A stretch of DNA of 64,000 nucleotides, taken from assembly GCA_902561325.1 (NCBI GenBank), contig CACEOL010000004.1, positions 8,349 to 72,348 of the forward strand. The letters are read 5' to 3'. The notes beneath the pieces were generated by a model that was not told the origin of the DNA, did no database searches, and worked only from the letters and a program-made list of their open reading frames with translations. A program made the translations under genes and the position numbers. Positions within the stretch are counted from its first letter, which is position 1. Each line of letters opens with the position of its first letter. Below are positions 1-9,525 of this stretch, one piece after another. This DNA comes from an uncultured SAR86 cluster bacterium. Lineage in GTDB: Bacteria > Pseudomonadota > Gammaproteobacteria > Magnimaribacterales > AG-339-G14.

Positions 1-146
1 TTAAATTGAAGGAAGACAATAAAGTCGCCAGAATGGAATTAGATAGCTTTACTAATGATCCAGAAGCTTTAGAAGGCTATGCCCGAAGTAAGTTAAATTT
101 AATTAAAAAAGGAGAAGTTCTCATTGAACTAGTACCGAATGAGTGA
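1..146 (+). CDS. ftsB: cell division protein FtsB, 3' part (truncated by window edge)
   Basis: Hand translation from nt 3: KLKEDNKVARMELDSFTNDPEALEGYARSKLNLIKKGEVLIELVPNE*. E..AR..L.L.K.GE motif; canonical position upstream of ispD. Confidence 0.8.
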   Translation, partial: KLKEDNKVARMELDSFTNDPEALEGYARSKLNLIKKGEVLIELVPNE

Positions 147-849
147 ATACGTTGCTTTAATTCCTGCTGCTGGAGTTGGTGCTAGAGCCCAACTTAAACT
201 TGCCAAGCAATTCAATCTAGTAGGAAAAAAAACCATCATTGAATTTGCCATAGATCCATTTTTGAAAGACGAAAACTGTAAAACCATTTATGTAGTTGTT
301 GCGGAAGATACTGAGGCTTGGGAAGCCTTATCTATTTCTCAACATAATAAAGTTAAGACTTGCATTGGAGCCTCTACTAGGATGTTATCCGTTTTGAATG
401 GTTTGCAAGAAATTAAAGAGGATGAAGATAAATCAATATTAGTTGCAGTGCATGATGCAGCTAGACCCTGTTTGGACCTTAAAGACCTTTTAGGCCTTAT
501 GGATAAAGCACAAGACGAAATCAAAGAAGATGGAGAAGGGTGTTACCTTTCTTATCAACCGACAGAAAGTGTTAACTTAATAAAAAATGAAAAGGTACAA
601 AAATCCTTGGATCGAAATAATGTTTGGTTATCAGCAACTCCACAAGTTTTTTGTTTGGAGGATTTATTGTCGGCTTTAACGAAAGCCAATGATGAAGAAA
701 AAGTATTCACCGATGAAGTAAGCGCTATGCTGCATTATTTTAAAAAAGATATATCTATCTACCCGTGTAATAAAACAAATATTAAGGTGACCAAAAAAGA
801 GGATTTAGAAACAGTAGAACAATATTTAAAACTTGCTGGCAGAATTTAG
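139..849 (+). CDS. ispD: 2-C-methyl-D-erythritol 4-phosphate cytidylyltransferase
   Basis: IPAAGVGAR, VHDAARP, TPQVF, FTDE and NIKVT motifs; adjacent to ispF. Confidence 0.93.
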   Translation: MSEYVALIPAAGVGARAQLKLAKQFNLVGKKTIIEFAIDPFLKDENCKTIYVVVAEDTEAWEALSISQHNKVKTCIGASTRMLSVLNGLQEIKEDEDKSILVAVHDAARPCLDLKDLLGLMDKAQDEIKEDGEGCYLSYQPTESVNLIKNEKVQKSLDRNNVWLSATPQVFCLEDLLSALTKANDEEKVFTDEVSAMLHYFKKDISIYPCNKTNIKVTKKEDLETVEQYLKLAGRI

Positions 850-1331
850 TGAGTAAACTGAGAATTGGGCAAGGATTTGATGCTCATAAAATCATCAAAG
901 GCCCTAAAGAGTTTATCTTGGGCGGTATTTCAATAGACTCTGAGTATGAGGTAGTTGCACATTCTGATGGGGATATTATTTGTCATGCAATCATTGATGC
1001 TCTTTTAGGTGCTTGTAAGATGGGTGATATTGGTAAATTGGCACCATCCAATGAAGAAAATAAGGATATTTCTAGCATTCATCTCTTGAATAAAGTTTCC
1101 ACAATACTTTTGGAGGCAGGTTATCAAATTGTAAATATTGATCTTACTTATGTTGGAGAAGAGCCTAGGCTTGAGAAATTTAAAAAAAATATCGAAGAGA
1201 ATTTAGCTAAAGAAATGAACATTAGTCCAAAAGATATATCCTGTAAAGCAACGACTACAGATGGTTTAGGTTATGAGGGGGCCCGAGAGGGCATAAGTAC
1301 ACAAGCAATTGCTCTGGTTATGAAGAACTAA
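849..1331 (+). CDS. ispF: 2-C-methyl-D-erythritol 2,4-cyclodiphosphate synthase
   Basis: RIGQGFDAH, HSDGD, KATTTDGLG motifs; GTG start. Confidence 0.95.
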   Translation: MSKLRIGQGFDAHKIIKGPKEFILGGISIDSEYEVVAHSDGDIICHAIIDALLGACKMGDIGKLAPSNEENKDISSIHLLNKVSTILLEAGYQIVNIDLTYVGEEPRLEKFKKNIEENLAKEMNISPKDISCKATTTDGLGYEGAREGISTQAIALVMKN

Positions 1332-1336
1332 TATAG

Positions 1337-2017
1337 ATGAAAATTATTCTCACTAATGATGACGGCTTTGACCATCCTGGGATTAAAGCTCTTTTTAAGG
1401 AATTGCATGACAAACACGATGTATTTCTTATTGGTCCAGATCAAAACCGAAGTGGATTTAGTAGTGCGATTACTTTTTTAACACCTCTTAGACACAAAAA
1501 ATATGCAGACAATATATTCAGCCTAAATGGCACACCTGTTGATTGTGTAAAAGTGGCTAGAAACATGCTTTGTCCCTTTGAACCCGATATAGTAGTCTCT
1601 GGAATAAACCCTGGTCCAAATTTAGGTTCCGACGCAATTTTATCAGGTACCGTTGGTGCAGCATTGGACGGTAGAAACTTAAAGTATCCCTCAATTGCGG
1701 TATCTGTAGCATCTTTTGAAATCAATGATTTTTCTTTTGCAGCAAAGTTTGTAGCTAAAGTCTTGGATAATCTTGATAATCTTAAAATAAATGAATTTCA
1801 AATTTTGAATATCAACGTACCTGATCATAATGAATTTCCGGACCCTGGAATAAAAATAACTAAAACTTTTCTCAATGATGAAGAAGGCGAGAAGAATCTT
1901 GATGTCTCCGACCGAAAGAATTTGGAAGATGGATTCATTTCAATTTCTCCCATTAAGATAGATATGCATTCCAACGCTCAACAACAAGTTGTTGCAGACT
2001 GGGCAAAAAATTTATAG
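1337..2017 (+). CDS. surE: 5'/3'-nucleotidase SurE
   Basis: ILTNDDG, GTPVDCV, VSGINPGPNLG and SGTVGAA motifs. Confidence 0.93.
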   Translation: MKIILTNDDGFDHPGIKALFKELHDKHDVFLIGPDQNRSGFSSAITFLTPLRHKKYADNIFSLNGTPVDCVKVARNMLCPFEPDIVVSGINPGPNLGSDAILSGTVGAALDGRNLKYPSIAVSVASFEINDFSFAAKFVAKVLDNLDNLKINEFQILNINVPDHNEFPDPGIKITKTFLNDEEGEKNLDVSDRKNLEDGFISISPIKIDMHSNAQQQVVADWAKNL

Positions 2018-2022
2018 ATCAA

Positions 2023-2679
2023 TTGAATTTTGAATTTGCCAGAAAAGAATTAACCAAAGAACTATCTCAAAAAGGTATTAAAGACCCAAGAGTACTAGAA
2101 GCCATCTACCAAATTCCACGACATGAATTTGTTGACGCGACATTTACTTCCAGGGCTTACCAGGATATGTCCTTACCAATTGGCCATCAACAAACCATTT
2201 CACAACCTTTTGTAGTAGCGAAAATGACGGAACTTTTGATTCAAGGAAATATCTTAGATCAAAAACCTTTAGGTGCGGTGTTAGAGATTGGCACTGGTTG
2301 TGGTTACCAAACAGCAATACTTGCAAGATTTTGTAGAAAAATATTCTCTTTAGAAAGAATCGAAGCTCTTTCAGTAAGGGCAGATAATAATTTAAAAAAA
2401 GTAGGTGTAGAAAATTATCAATTACGCTGGTCTGACGGCACTTTGGGATGGCCAACTCCAAAAAAATTTGATGCCATCATATGTACAGCAGCAATTTCAC
2501 AAATTCCAAAAAAATTAAAAACGCAACTTGAGCTTCATGGCAAATTGATTTGTCCTGTTGGTGATGGAAAGAAACAACACTTACTACTTCTAGAAAAAAA
2601 ATCTAAAGGTGAATTTCATGAAACTATCTTCGATTCTGTGCTATTTGTCCCTATGCTTGAGGGAAAGGTTTCTGAATAA
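2023..2679 (+). CDS. pcm: protein-L-isoaspartate O-methyltransferase
   Basis: PRHEFV, QTISQP, VLEIGTGCGYQTA, FVPM; follows surE; TTG start. Confidence 0.95.
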   Translation: MNFEFARKELTKELSQKGIKDPRVLEAIYQIPRHEFVDATFTSRAYQDMSLPIGHQQTISQPFVVAKMTELLIQGNILDQKPLGAVLEIGTGCGYQTAILARFCRKIFSLERIEALSVRADNNLKKVGVENYQLRWSDGTLGWPTPKKFDAIICTAAISQIPKKLKTQLELHGKLICPVGDGKKQHLLLLEKKSKGEFHETIFDSVLFVPMLEGKVSE

Positions 2680-2681
2680 CT

Positions 2682-3008
2682 TTATTCAAGAATTAACACA
2701 TTTATTTTATTGGTTTTTTCCTTCCAGCTTTCATGATCTGGCATGGGATCTTTAGCTTCAGTAATATTGGGCCAAATCTTTGAATATTTTTCATTTATTT
2801 CAATAAATTCTATTTCATCAGCTGGAACTTCATCTTCTGCATAAATGGCCTCAATGGGGCATTCAGGTTCGCATAAACCACAATCAATACATTCATCAGG
2901 ATTGATGACTAGTGTATTTTCTCCTTCATAAAAACAATCCACAGGACACACCTCAACACAATCTGTGTGCTTACAATTGATACATCCTTGGCCAACAATA
3001 AAAGTCAT
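2682..3008 (-). CDS. fdxA: 7Fe ferredoxin (FdxA / Azotobacter FdI type)
   Basis: [18 protein letters not shown] and [12 protein letters not shown] motifs. Confidence 0.93.
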   Translation of the reverse strand: MTFIVGQGCINCKHTDCVEVCPVDCFYEGENTLVINPDECIDCGLCEPECPIEAIYAEDEVPADEIEFIEINEKYSKIWPNITEAKDPMPDHESWKEKTNKINVLILE

Positions 3009-3013
3009 TATTC

Positions 3014-3023
3014 AATTATAATT
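3014..3023. promoter_or_regulatory. palindromic bidirectional -10 element between fdxA and the CinA-family gene
   Basis: AATTATAATT gives TATAAT on both strands, 6 nt and 8 nt before the two ATGs, in a 22-bp spacer. Confidence 0.5.
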
Positions 3024-3030
3024 TAAATTC

Positions 3031-3519
3031 ATGACTTCTAATGATGAACTACAAGATTTAGCTATAAAGATAGGTCAGCTATTAACTGAAAGAAAGAAAA
3101 GCGTTTCTACAGCCGAATCCTGTACAGGAGGTTGGGTTGGAAAGGAGTTTACAGGCATACCTGGTAGTTCAAATTGGTATGGGTTTGGGTTTATCACCTA
3201 CTCGAATAAGGCAAAGTTAAAAACCCTTGGTGTAAGCAAAGATGCACTTTTAGAGGAGGGAGCTGTAAGCGAAAGAGTTGTAGAGGAAATGGCAAAAGGA
3301 GCAATAAAAAATAGTGGTTCAGATTTTGCAATTTCAATAAGCGGTATAGCAGGACCTACTGGAGGGACAGATGATAAGCCAGTTGGAACTGTATGCTTTG
3401 GAATTGGCTCTAAGACTAAAATAACCTGCTTCACTAAACTTTTTGAAGGAAATCGTGACGAAGTCAGAAAACAGAGTGTAGCTTTTGCTTTAAAAGAATT
3501 ATTAAAATGTTTGCAATAA
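3031..3519 (+). CDS. pncC: CinA-family NMN amidohydrolase
   Basis: TAESCTGG, GSSNW, YSN.AK, GAVS and SGIAGPTGG motifs; upstream of recA. Confidence 0.9.
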   Translation: MTSNDELQDLAIKIGQLLTERKKSVSTAESCTGGWVGKEFTGIPGSSNWYGFGFITYSNKAKLKTLGVSKDALLEEGAVSERVVEEMAKGAIKNSGSDFAISISGIAGPTGGTDDKPVGTVCFGIGSKTKITCFTKLFEGNRDEVRKQSVAFALKELLKCLQ

Positions 3520-3540
3520 TTTTTAATATATTGTTAAATA

Positions 3541-3556
3541 CTGTATAAATATACAG
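3541..3556. promoter_or_regulatory. LexA (SOS) box
   Basis: CTG-TATAAATATA-CAG (CTG-N10-CAG, flanked TA...T), 7 nt upstream of the recA ATG. Confidence 0.9.
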
Positions 3557-3563
3557 TTTTATT

Positions 3564-4589
3564 ATGCCTACAAGAAAAACAAAAAAAGACGAAATATCGT
3601 CACCAGAAAAAGGAAAATCCCTAGAAACAGCCATTTCTCAAATTGAAACCCAATTTGGTCCTGGAACCATCATGAGGATGGGTGAAAGGGAGGTTCAGAG
3701 TATTCCAAGTATTTCTACAGGTTCATTAGGATTGGATTTGGCACTTGGCATAATGGGCTTGCCAAAAGGCAGAGTAGTTGAGATTTTTGGTCCCGAATCT
3801 TCAGGAAAAACAACTTTGACTTTGCAAGTTATAGCTGAGTGCCAGAAACAAGGAGGAACTGCGGCATTTATAGATGCGGAGCATGCTTTAGATCCGATCT
3901 ATGCAGAAAAAATTGGAGTAAAAATAGATGATTTGCTCTTATCTCAGCCTGATACAGGCGAACAAGCTCTAGAAGTAGCCGACATAATGGTTAAATCTGG
4001 TGGGATAGATGTTTTAGTTATTGATTCTGTAGCTGCATTAGTACCCCGAGCCGAAATTGAAGGTGAAATGGGAGATCATCATGTTGGCCTTCAAGCTAGA
4101 CTCATGTCACAAGCACTTAGAAAAATAACCGGCAGTATAAAAAAATCAAATACTCTTGTTATATTTATTAATCAAATTCGAATGAAAATTGGTGTAATGT
4201 TTGGTAGTCCCGAGACTACCTCTGGCGGTAATGCTTTAAAGTTTTATTCGTCAGTGAGATTGGATATCAGAAGAATAGGTACAGTTAAAGACGGTGACGA
4301 AGTTGCGGGTAATGAAACTAGAGTTAAGGTTGTTAAAAATAAAGTTTCACCTCCATTCAGACAAGCCGAATTTCAAATACTCTACAACAAAGGAATCAAC
4401 CGTGCAGGAGAAATTCTTGATATTGGAGTAGAGAGAAAAATCGTTGAGAAAGCCGGTGCTTGGTACGCTTACGATGGTGAAAAAATTGGTCAAGGTAAGA
4501 TTAACGCTAGTCAGTGGTTAAAAGACAACCCTAATATAGCTAAGAAAATAGAAAAACAGATTACAGACTCAATCAAAGAGACCCAATAA
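3564..4589 (+). CDS. recA: recombinase RecA
   Basis: [43 protein letters not shown]. Confidence 0.99.
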   Translation: MPTRKTKKDEISSPEKGKSLETAISQIETQFGPGTIMRMGEREVQSIPSISTGSLGLDLALGIMGLPKGRVVEIFGPESSGKTTLTLQVIAECQKQGGTAAFIDAEHALDPIYAEKIGVKIDDLLLSQPDTGEQALEVADIMVKSGGIDVLVIDSVAALVPRAEIEGEMGDHHVGLQARLMSQALRKITGSIKKSNTLVIFINQIRMKIGVMFGSPETTSGGNALKFYSSVRLDIRRIGTVKDGDEVAGNETRVKVVKNKVSPPFRQAEFQILYNKGINRAGEILDIGVERKIVEKAGAWYAYDGEKIGQGKINASQWLKDNPNIAKKIEKQITDSIKETQ

Positions 4590-5846
4590 GTCTTTTTCCG
4601 TTATTTCAGATTTTGCCTGATCTTTTCTTGCTATTATCTCGATTAAACCTTTTTCAATGTTTTTTTCGCTAATTACTATTTGATACGGGTTACCCATTAA
4701 ATTGGAATCAGAAAATTTATTACCTGGAGATGCATCTCTGTCGTCATAAAAGACTTCTACATTATTACTTATTAGGTAAGAGTAAATTTCTTTAGCTTTA
4801 TTTTTGACTGTCTCTGATTTCTTTTCATTGATTGAAATTAAGGAACAATCAAAAGCAGAAATATTTTTTGGAAAAACAATACCTTCACTATCATGATTTT
4901 GCTCTATAGCAGCTGCAACAATTCGAGAAACTCCAATTCCATAACAGCCCATTTCTAAAATTTTTTGACTATTATCATGTTGGACACTTAGCCCCATAGA
5001 TTTACTATATTTATTTCCTAGTTCAAATATATGACCTACCTCAATTCCTTTTTTAATTGAAAGTTTGCCGTGCTCACTATCAATATCAGACAAATCATTA
5101 TTTTCAATTTTTTTCTCAATCTCTTTTTTTAAGGGATTTTCTAATAATTCAATGTTTGATGAAAAATCATTATCGTTAAATACCAATGTATCTTCTCCAG
5201 AATCAGCTAAGACATGAAATTCTTCAGACATATTCCCACCAATTGCTCCTGAATCAGCTTTTACAATCTTGTAATCAAAGCCAATTTCGTCAAATATCTT
5301 TTGGTAACACTCTTTCATAGCTTGATAGCTTTTTCTCATCCCTTCTTCATTAATATCAAACGAATAAGCATCTTTCATTAAGAACTCTCTACCTCGCATT
5401 ACCCCAAATCTAGGTCTAATTTCATCTCGAAATTTTGTTTGTATTTGATAAAAAGTTTTAGGCAGATCTTTATGACTTTGCAGTTCTTGACGACATATAT
5501 CGGTAATAACTTCTTCATGAGTAGGTCCAAGGTAAAATTCCCGCTCATTTCGATCTAAAAAACCCAAAAGTTCTGGACCCATCTGCTCTGACCTTTTTGT
5601 TTCGTCCCATAGAGACTTTGGTTGAACCATTGGCATTAAGACTTCTAGACAACCATATTCATTCATATTCCTTCTAATGATTGATTCGACCTTATTTAGA
5701 ATCTTTAATCCCAGTGGCATCCATGAATAAATTCCAGAAGCCAATGGTTTTATCATATTGCTTCTGATCATAAGTTTGTGGCTAATGAGTTCAGCGTCTT
5801 TTGGGGCTTCTTTTTGAGTTTTATAGTGAAATGAGGAAGCTTTCAT
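4569..5846 (-). CDS. proS: prolyl-tRNA synthetase, short form without INS editing domain
   Basis: [49 protein letters not shown]; 425 aa. Confidence 0.96.
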   Translation of the reverse strand: MKASSFHYKTQKEAPKDAELISHKLMIRSNMIKPLASGIYSWMPLGLKILNKVESIIRRNMNEYGCLEVLMPMVQPKSLWDETKRSEQMGPELLGFLDRNEREFYLGPTHEEVITDICRQELQSHKDLPKTFYQIQTKFRDEIRPRFGVMRGREFLMKDAYSFDINEEGMRKSYQAMKECYQKIFDEIGFDYKIVKADSGAIGGNMSEEFHVLADSGEDTLVFNDNDFSSNIELLENPLKKEIEKKIENNDLSDIDSEHGKLSIKKGIEVGHIFELGNKYSKSMGLSVQHDNSQKILEMGCYGIGVSRIVAAAIEQNHDSEGIVFPKNISAFDCSLISINEKKSETVKNKAKEIYSYLISNNVEVFYDDRDASPGNKFSDSNLMGNPYQIVISEKNIEKGLIEIIARKDQAKSEITEKDLLGLFD

Positions 5847-5916
5847 TTAAAATATAAATTAATATTCGGCTTTAAAAATTAATAATACTAAAAAAAGATG
5901 CTTACAGTGAGGAATA

Positions 5917-6198
5917 ATGCCTATTTATGAGTACCAATGTAGTAAATGCGACAAAATATTTGAAAGAATTGTTTCTGTTGCAGACTCTACAAAAACTGTT
6001 TTTTGCGATTGCTCGCCAAAAGCAAAGGCTAAAAAAATTATCTCAGCGCCGTCCTTTCGTTTAGAAGGATCAGGTTGGTACGAAACTGACTTTAAGACAG
6101 GTAATAAAAAAAATCTTGTACAATCAGATGTTAAAAGTAAAAAAACATCTAAGGAACCAAAGAAAACAGAAAATTCAAAACCTGCTAAAAAAGATTAA
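5917..6198 (+). CDS. FmdB-family zinc-ribbon protein
   Basis: MPIYEYQC..C and ISAPSFRL.GSGWYETDFK; canonical position upstream of aspS. Confidence 0.88.
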   Translation: MPIYEYQCSKCDKIFERIVSVADSTKTVFCDCSPKAKAKKIISAPSFRLEGSGWYETDFKTGNKKNLVQSDVKSKKTSKEPKKTENSKPAKKD

Positions 6199-6213
6199 AA
6201 AATCTTTCTCATT

Positions 6214-7977
6214 ATGGAACGCACTCAAATAAAAAATATTTCTAATAAAGAAATCGATTCTTCCTTTCTTATTTCTGGGTGGGTTGAAAAGGTCAGGGAT
6301 CATGGCGGCGTCATATTTTTAGATATCAGAGACGCATCTGGGTTGATGCAAGTTGTTGTTGAACCAGATGACAAAGAGTTATTCAAAAAGTCGGAATCAA
6401 TAAGAATGTCTTATGTTCTTCAAGTTACAGGAATTCTCAGAAAAAGACCTGAAGGCACAATTAATAAGTCATTATCGTCAGGAGAACTTGAACTAGTTTC
6501 AAAAGAAATTGATATCCTTTCCAAAAGCAAACCTTTGCCTTTCCAGCTAGATGAACATGCGAAAGTTGGCGAAGAGGTTAGGCTCAAATACCGTTACTTG
6601 GATTTACGAAGACCGGAAATGCAATCAAATCTAAAAATCAGATCTCAAGTAAATCACATCATCAGAAGTCATCTTATTGAAGATCAGTTTATTGAAATTG
6701 AAACTCCAATGATGGCTAGGGCTACTCCGGAAGGAGCTAGAGATTTTCTTGTTCCAAGCAGACTTTATAATCAAAAGTTTTATGCCCTCACTCAGTCACC
6801 ACAGCTTTTCAAACAAATGTTGATGATTGGAGGTTTTGAAAAATACTTTCAAATTGTCAGATGTTTTCGGGACGAGGATACTCGAAAAGATAGGCAGCCA
6901 GAATTCACTCAACTGGACATCGAATTATCTTTTATTACAGAAGAAGAAATTCTTAATATTTCTGAAAGCCTTATCAAAAGAATTTTTTCTGAAACTCTAA
7001 ATATAGAGTTTGAAGAGTTCCAAAGAATTAAATATCAAGAAGCAATAAAGGATTACGGCTCAGATAAACCTGACTTAAGAAATCCTTTAAAGCTTGTCGA
7101 TGTAAAAGATATTTTTGAAAAGTCTTCATTTAAGGTCTTTGCAGATCCAGCCAATAATGAAAAGGCTAGAATTGTTGCTCTTAAAATTGAACAAGAAATA
7201 AGCAGAAATAAAATAGATGAGTACACTAAATTTGTCGGTAATTTTGGAGCAAAAGGACTAGCTTATATAAAGGTAAATGATTCTTCTGATCTAGAAAATG
7301 GTCTTCAGTCTCCAATTCTTAAGTTCCTTTCTAAGGAAGAGATATCTAAGTTAGCTGAAAGGCTTGAACTCAGTACTGGAGATACTATTTTTTTTGGTGC
7401 AGATCACAGAAATGTTGTTAATGATTCAATGGGTTCATTGAGAGAAAAATTAGGTGAAGATCTTAACTTAATTAATCAAGAGGATTATAAATTTGGATGG
7501 ATAACAGACTTCCCCTTATTTGAAGAGGATATTCAGGGGAACTTATCTCCATCACATCATCCTTTTACTGCTTCTCAAGGGGGAATCACAGCACTTAGGA
7601 AAAATCCAGCAAATGCCGTTGCAAAGGCATATGATCTTATTTTAAACGGCAGCGAAATTGGAGGCGGCTCTCTGAGAATTAACAATTTAGATGAACAATT
7701 GGAAGTATTATCCATTTTAGGAATAGATAAAAAAGAAGCGGATGAAAAATTTGGTTTCTTTTTAGAAGCTCTGTCCTATGGATGTCCTCCTCATGGTGGA
7801 ATTGCTTTTGGGCTAGATCGTTTGATCATGTTGCTTTGTAAGCAAGAATCTATTAGAGATGTAATTGCTTTTCCAAAAACTCAATCTGCAACCTGTCTGC
7901 TTTCCGATGCTCCGAGTTTAATTGATAAAGATCAATTAGATATGTTATCCATAAAAGTGATTGAAGAGGATAAATAG
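6214..7977 (+). CDS. aspS: aspartyl-tRNA synthetase (probably non-discriminating)
   Basis: RDHGG, TPEGARDFLVPSR, CFRDED, QPEFTQLD, GAKGLAY, PPHGGIAFGLDR. Confidence 0.98.
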   Translation: MERTQIKNISNKEIDSSFLISGWVEKVRDHGGVIFLDIRDASGLMQVVVEPDDKELFKKSESIRMSYVLQVTGILRKRPEGTINKSLSSGELELVSKEIDILSKSKPLPFQLDEHAKVGEEVRLKYRYLDLRRPEMQSNLKIRSQVNHIIRSHLIEDQFIEIETPMMARATPEGARDFLVPSRLYNQKFYALTQSPQLFKQMLMIGGFEKYFQIVRCFRDEDTRKDRQPEFTQLDIELSFITEEEILNISESLIKRIFSETLNIEFEEFQRIKYQEAIKDYGSDKPDLRNPLKLVDVKDIFEKSSFKVFADPANNEKARIVALKIEQEISRNKIDEYTKFVGNFGAKGLAYIKVNDSSDLENGLQSPILKFLSKEEISKLAERLELSTGDTIFFGADHRNVVNDSMGSLREKLGEDLNLINQEDYKFGWITDFPLFEEDIQGNLSPSHHPFTASQGGITALRKNPANAVAKAYDLILNGSEIGGGSLRINNLDEQLEVLSILGIDKKEADEKFGFFLEALSYGCPPHGGIAFGLDRLIMLLCKQESIRDVIAFPKTQSATCLLSDAPSLIDKDQLDMLSIKVIEEDK

Positions 7978-8711
7978 TGGCGGGACATTCTAAGTGGGCT
8001 AACATAAAGCATCGCAAAGGTCGTCAAGATGAAAAAAGACAAAAAGTCTTTTCGAAGCTGATTAGAGAGCTAACCGTTGCTGCAAAATTAGGAGGACCTG
8101 AGCCAGGAGATAATCCTAGATTAAGACTGGCTCTGGATAAGGCTCTTGGGGCCAATATGCCTAAAGATACTATAGAAAGAGCTATAGCAAGAGGCTCTGG
8201 AGATCAGGAAGCAGAAAATTTAGAAGAAACAGTTTATGAAGGCTATGGTCCCAATGGGGTTGCCATTATAGTTGAAACTCTTACGGACAATAAAAACAGA
8301 ACAGTTGCTGAAGTTAGACATGCTTTTTCTAAATATGGAGGAAGTTTAGGTACCGATGGGTCTGTAGCATATCTATTTACCAAAGTTGGCCAAATAGTTG
8401 TTGAAAATACTGACGAAGAAAAAATATTTGATGTCTCTGTATCAAATGGCGCAGATGAAGTAGAACAGGGTGACGAAGAGAATCTCATCATTTCTGTTGA
8501 AGCCGAAGAATTTCATAATCTAAAAAATGTTCTTGAAGAGAATGGAATCAAAATCAACCAATACGAGTTAATTATGAAAGCATCAAATAGCGTAGAGCTT
8601 GATGATGAAGCTTCTGAAAAAGTCATCAATCTTCTTGAAAGTCTTGAAGATTTGGATGATGTACAAAATGTTCATTCCAATGCTGAGTTTTCTGAAGGGA
8701 GCTTTGCTTGA
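7977..8711 (+). CDS. yebC: YebC/PmpR-family protein
   Basis: MAGHSKWANIKHRK, YEGYGP, TDNKNRT, LEDLDDVQNVHSN. Confidence 0.96.
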   Translation: MAGHSKWANIKHRKGRQDEKRQKVFSKLIRELTVAAKLGGPEPGDNPRLRLALDKALGANMPKDTIERAIARGSGDQEAENLEETVYEGYGPNGVAIIVETLTDNKNRTVAEVRHAFSKYGGSLGTDGSVAYLFTKVGQIVVENTDEEKIFDVSVSNGADEVEQGDEENLIISVEAEEFHNLKNVLEENGIKINQYELIMKASNSVELDDEASEKVINLLESLEDLDDVQNVHSNAEFSEGSFA

Positions 8712-9118
8712 TGACGAATTCAAGGAATAAGGGAGCGTCATTTGAAAGAGAAATTGCAAATGCTTTAAACGATTATTTGGAATTAAAAAAACCATTGAAA
8801 AGAATATTGGAGCAGACTCGAGAAAAACATCTTCCCGATCTCATTCTTGGTAATTGGTATATAGAATGTAAGAGATATGGGCAAGGCGCAGAACCTCTTG
8901 AAGGCTGGTGGAATCAAGTGATTGCTGCAACTCCAGAAGATTGTTATCCAGCTTTAATCTATAAATTCAATCACAGACCCATTAAGGTTAGAGTACCATT
9001 CCATACTGTGAACAATAATCTTCCTAAAGATTTTAATAACACATGCGATTTTTCTTTAGAGAGCTTTATAGTTTTACTCAAATCTCTCTATGAGGAAGAT
9101 ATAAAAAGCCACCTTTAA
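8711..9118 (+). CDS. PD-(D/E)XK nuclease, phage/Hjc-like putative Holliday junction resolvase
   Basis: NSRNKGASFEREIA...PDL...IECKR...WW.Q...P.LIYK pattern; TGATG coupling to yebC; sits at the ruvCAB position. Confidence 0.75.
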   Translation: MTNSRNKGASFEREIANALNDYLELKKPLKRILEQTREKHLPDLILGNWYIECKRYGQGAEPLEGWWNQVIAATPEDCYPALIYKFNHRPIKVRVPFHTVNNNLPKDFNNTCDFSLESFIVLLKSLYEEDIKSHL

Positions 9119-9525
9119 TGTCAGATACGATAGAGATTAGAATTTACTATGAAGATACAGATGCACAAGGCGTAGTTTATTATGCTAATTATCTAAAATA
9201 TTTTGAAAGGGCTAGGACTGAATTTCTTAGAAAGTGTGGTTACTTGCAAAACGAACTATTAGACAAAAATATTATTTTCATTGTTAACAAATTAGATATT
9301 CATTATAAAAAACCTGTTTTGTTAGATCAATTAATTAAAATAGAATCTTCTCTTTCAGAATTAAAGAAAGCTAGCTTTAGCTTTAATCAACAAGTTCTTA
9401 TAAATTCAGAAATAATGTGTGAAGCTAATGTATTATGCGGCTGTGTCGATCTTGAAACTAAAAAACCTATTGCTCTTCCAGAGGAGCTAAGAAAAAGGAT
9501 GTTGGATAAAAAAAATGCAAGCTGA
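9118..9525 (+). CDS. ybgC: tol-pal-associated acyl-CoA thioesterase
   Basis: RIYYEDTDAQGVVYYANYLKYFERARTE. Confidence 0.94.
   Translation: MSDTIEIRIYYEDTDAQGVVYYANYLKYFERARTEFLRKCGYLQNELLDKNIIFIVNKLDIHYKKPVLLDQLIKIESSLSELKKASFSFNQQVLINSEIMCEANVLCGCVDLETKKPIALPEELRKRMLDKKNAS

Noticed and set aside
1762-1784. Short tandem cttggataat/cttgataat repeat in surE
   Set aside because: Encodes LDNLDNL; a trivial in-frame micro-duplication.
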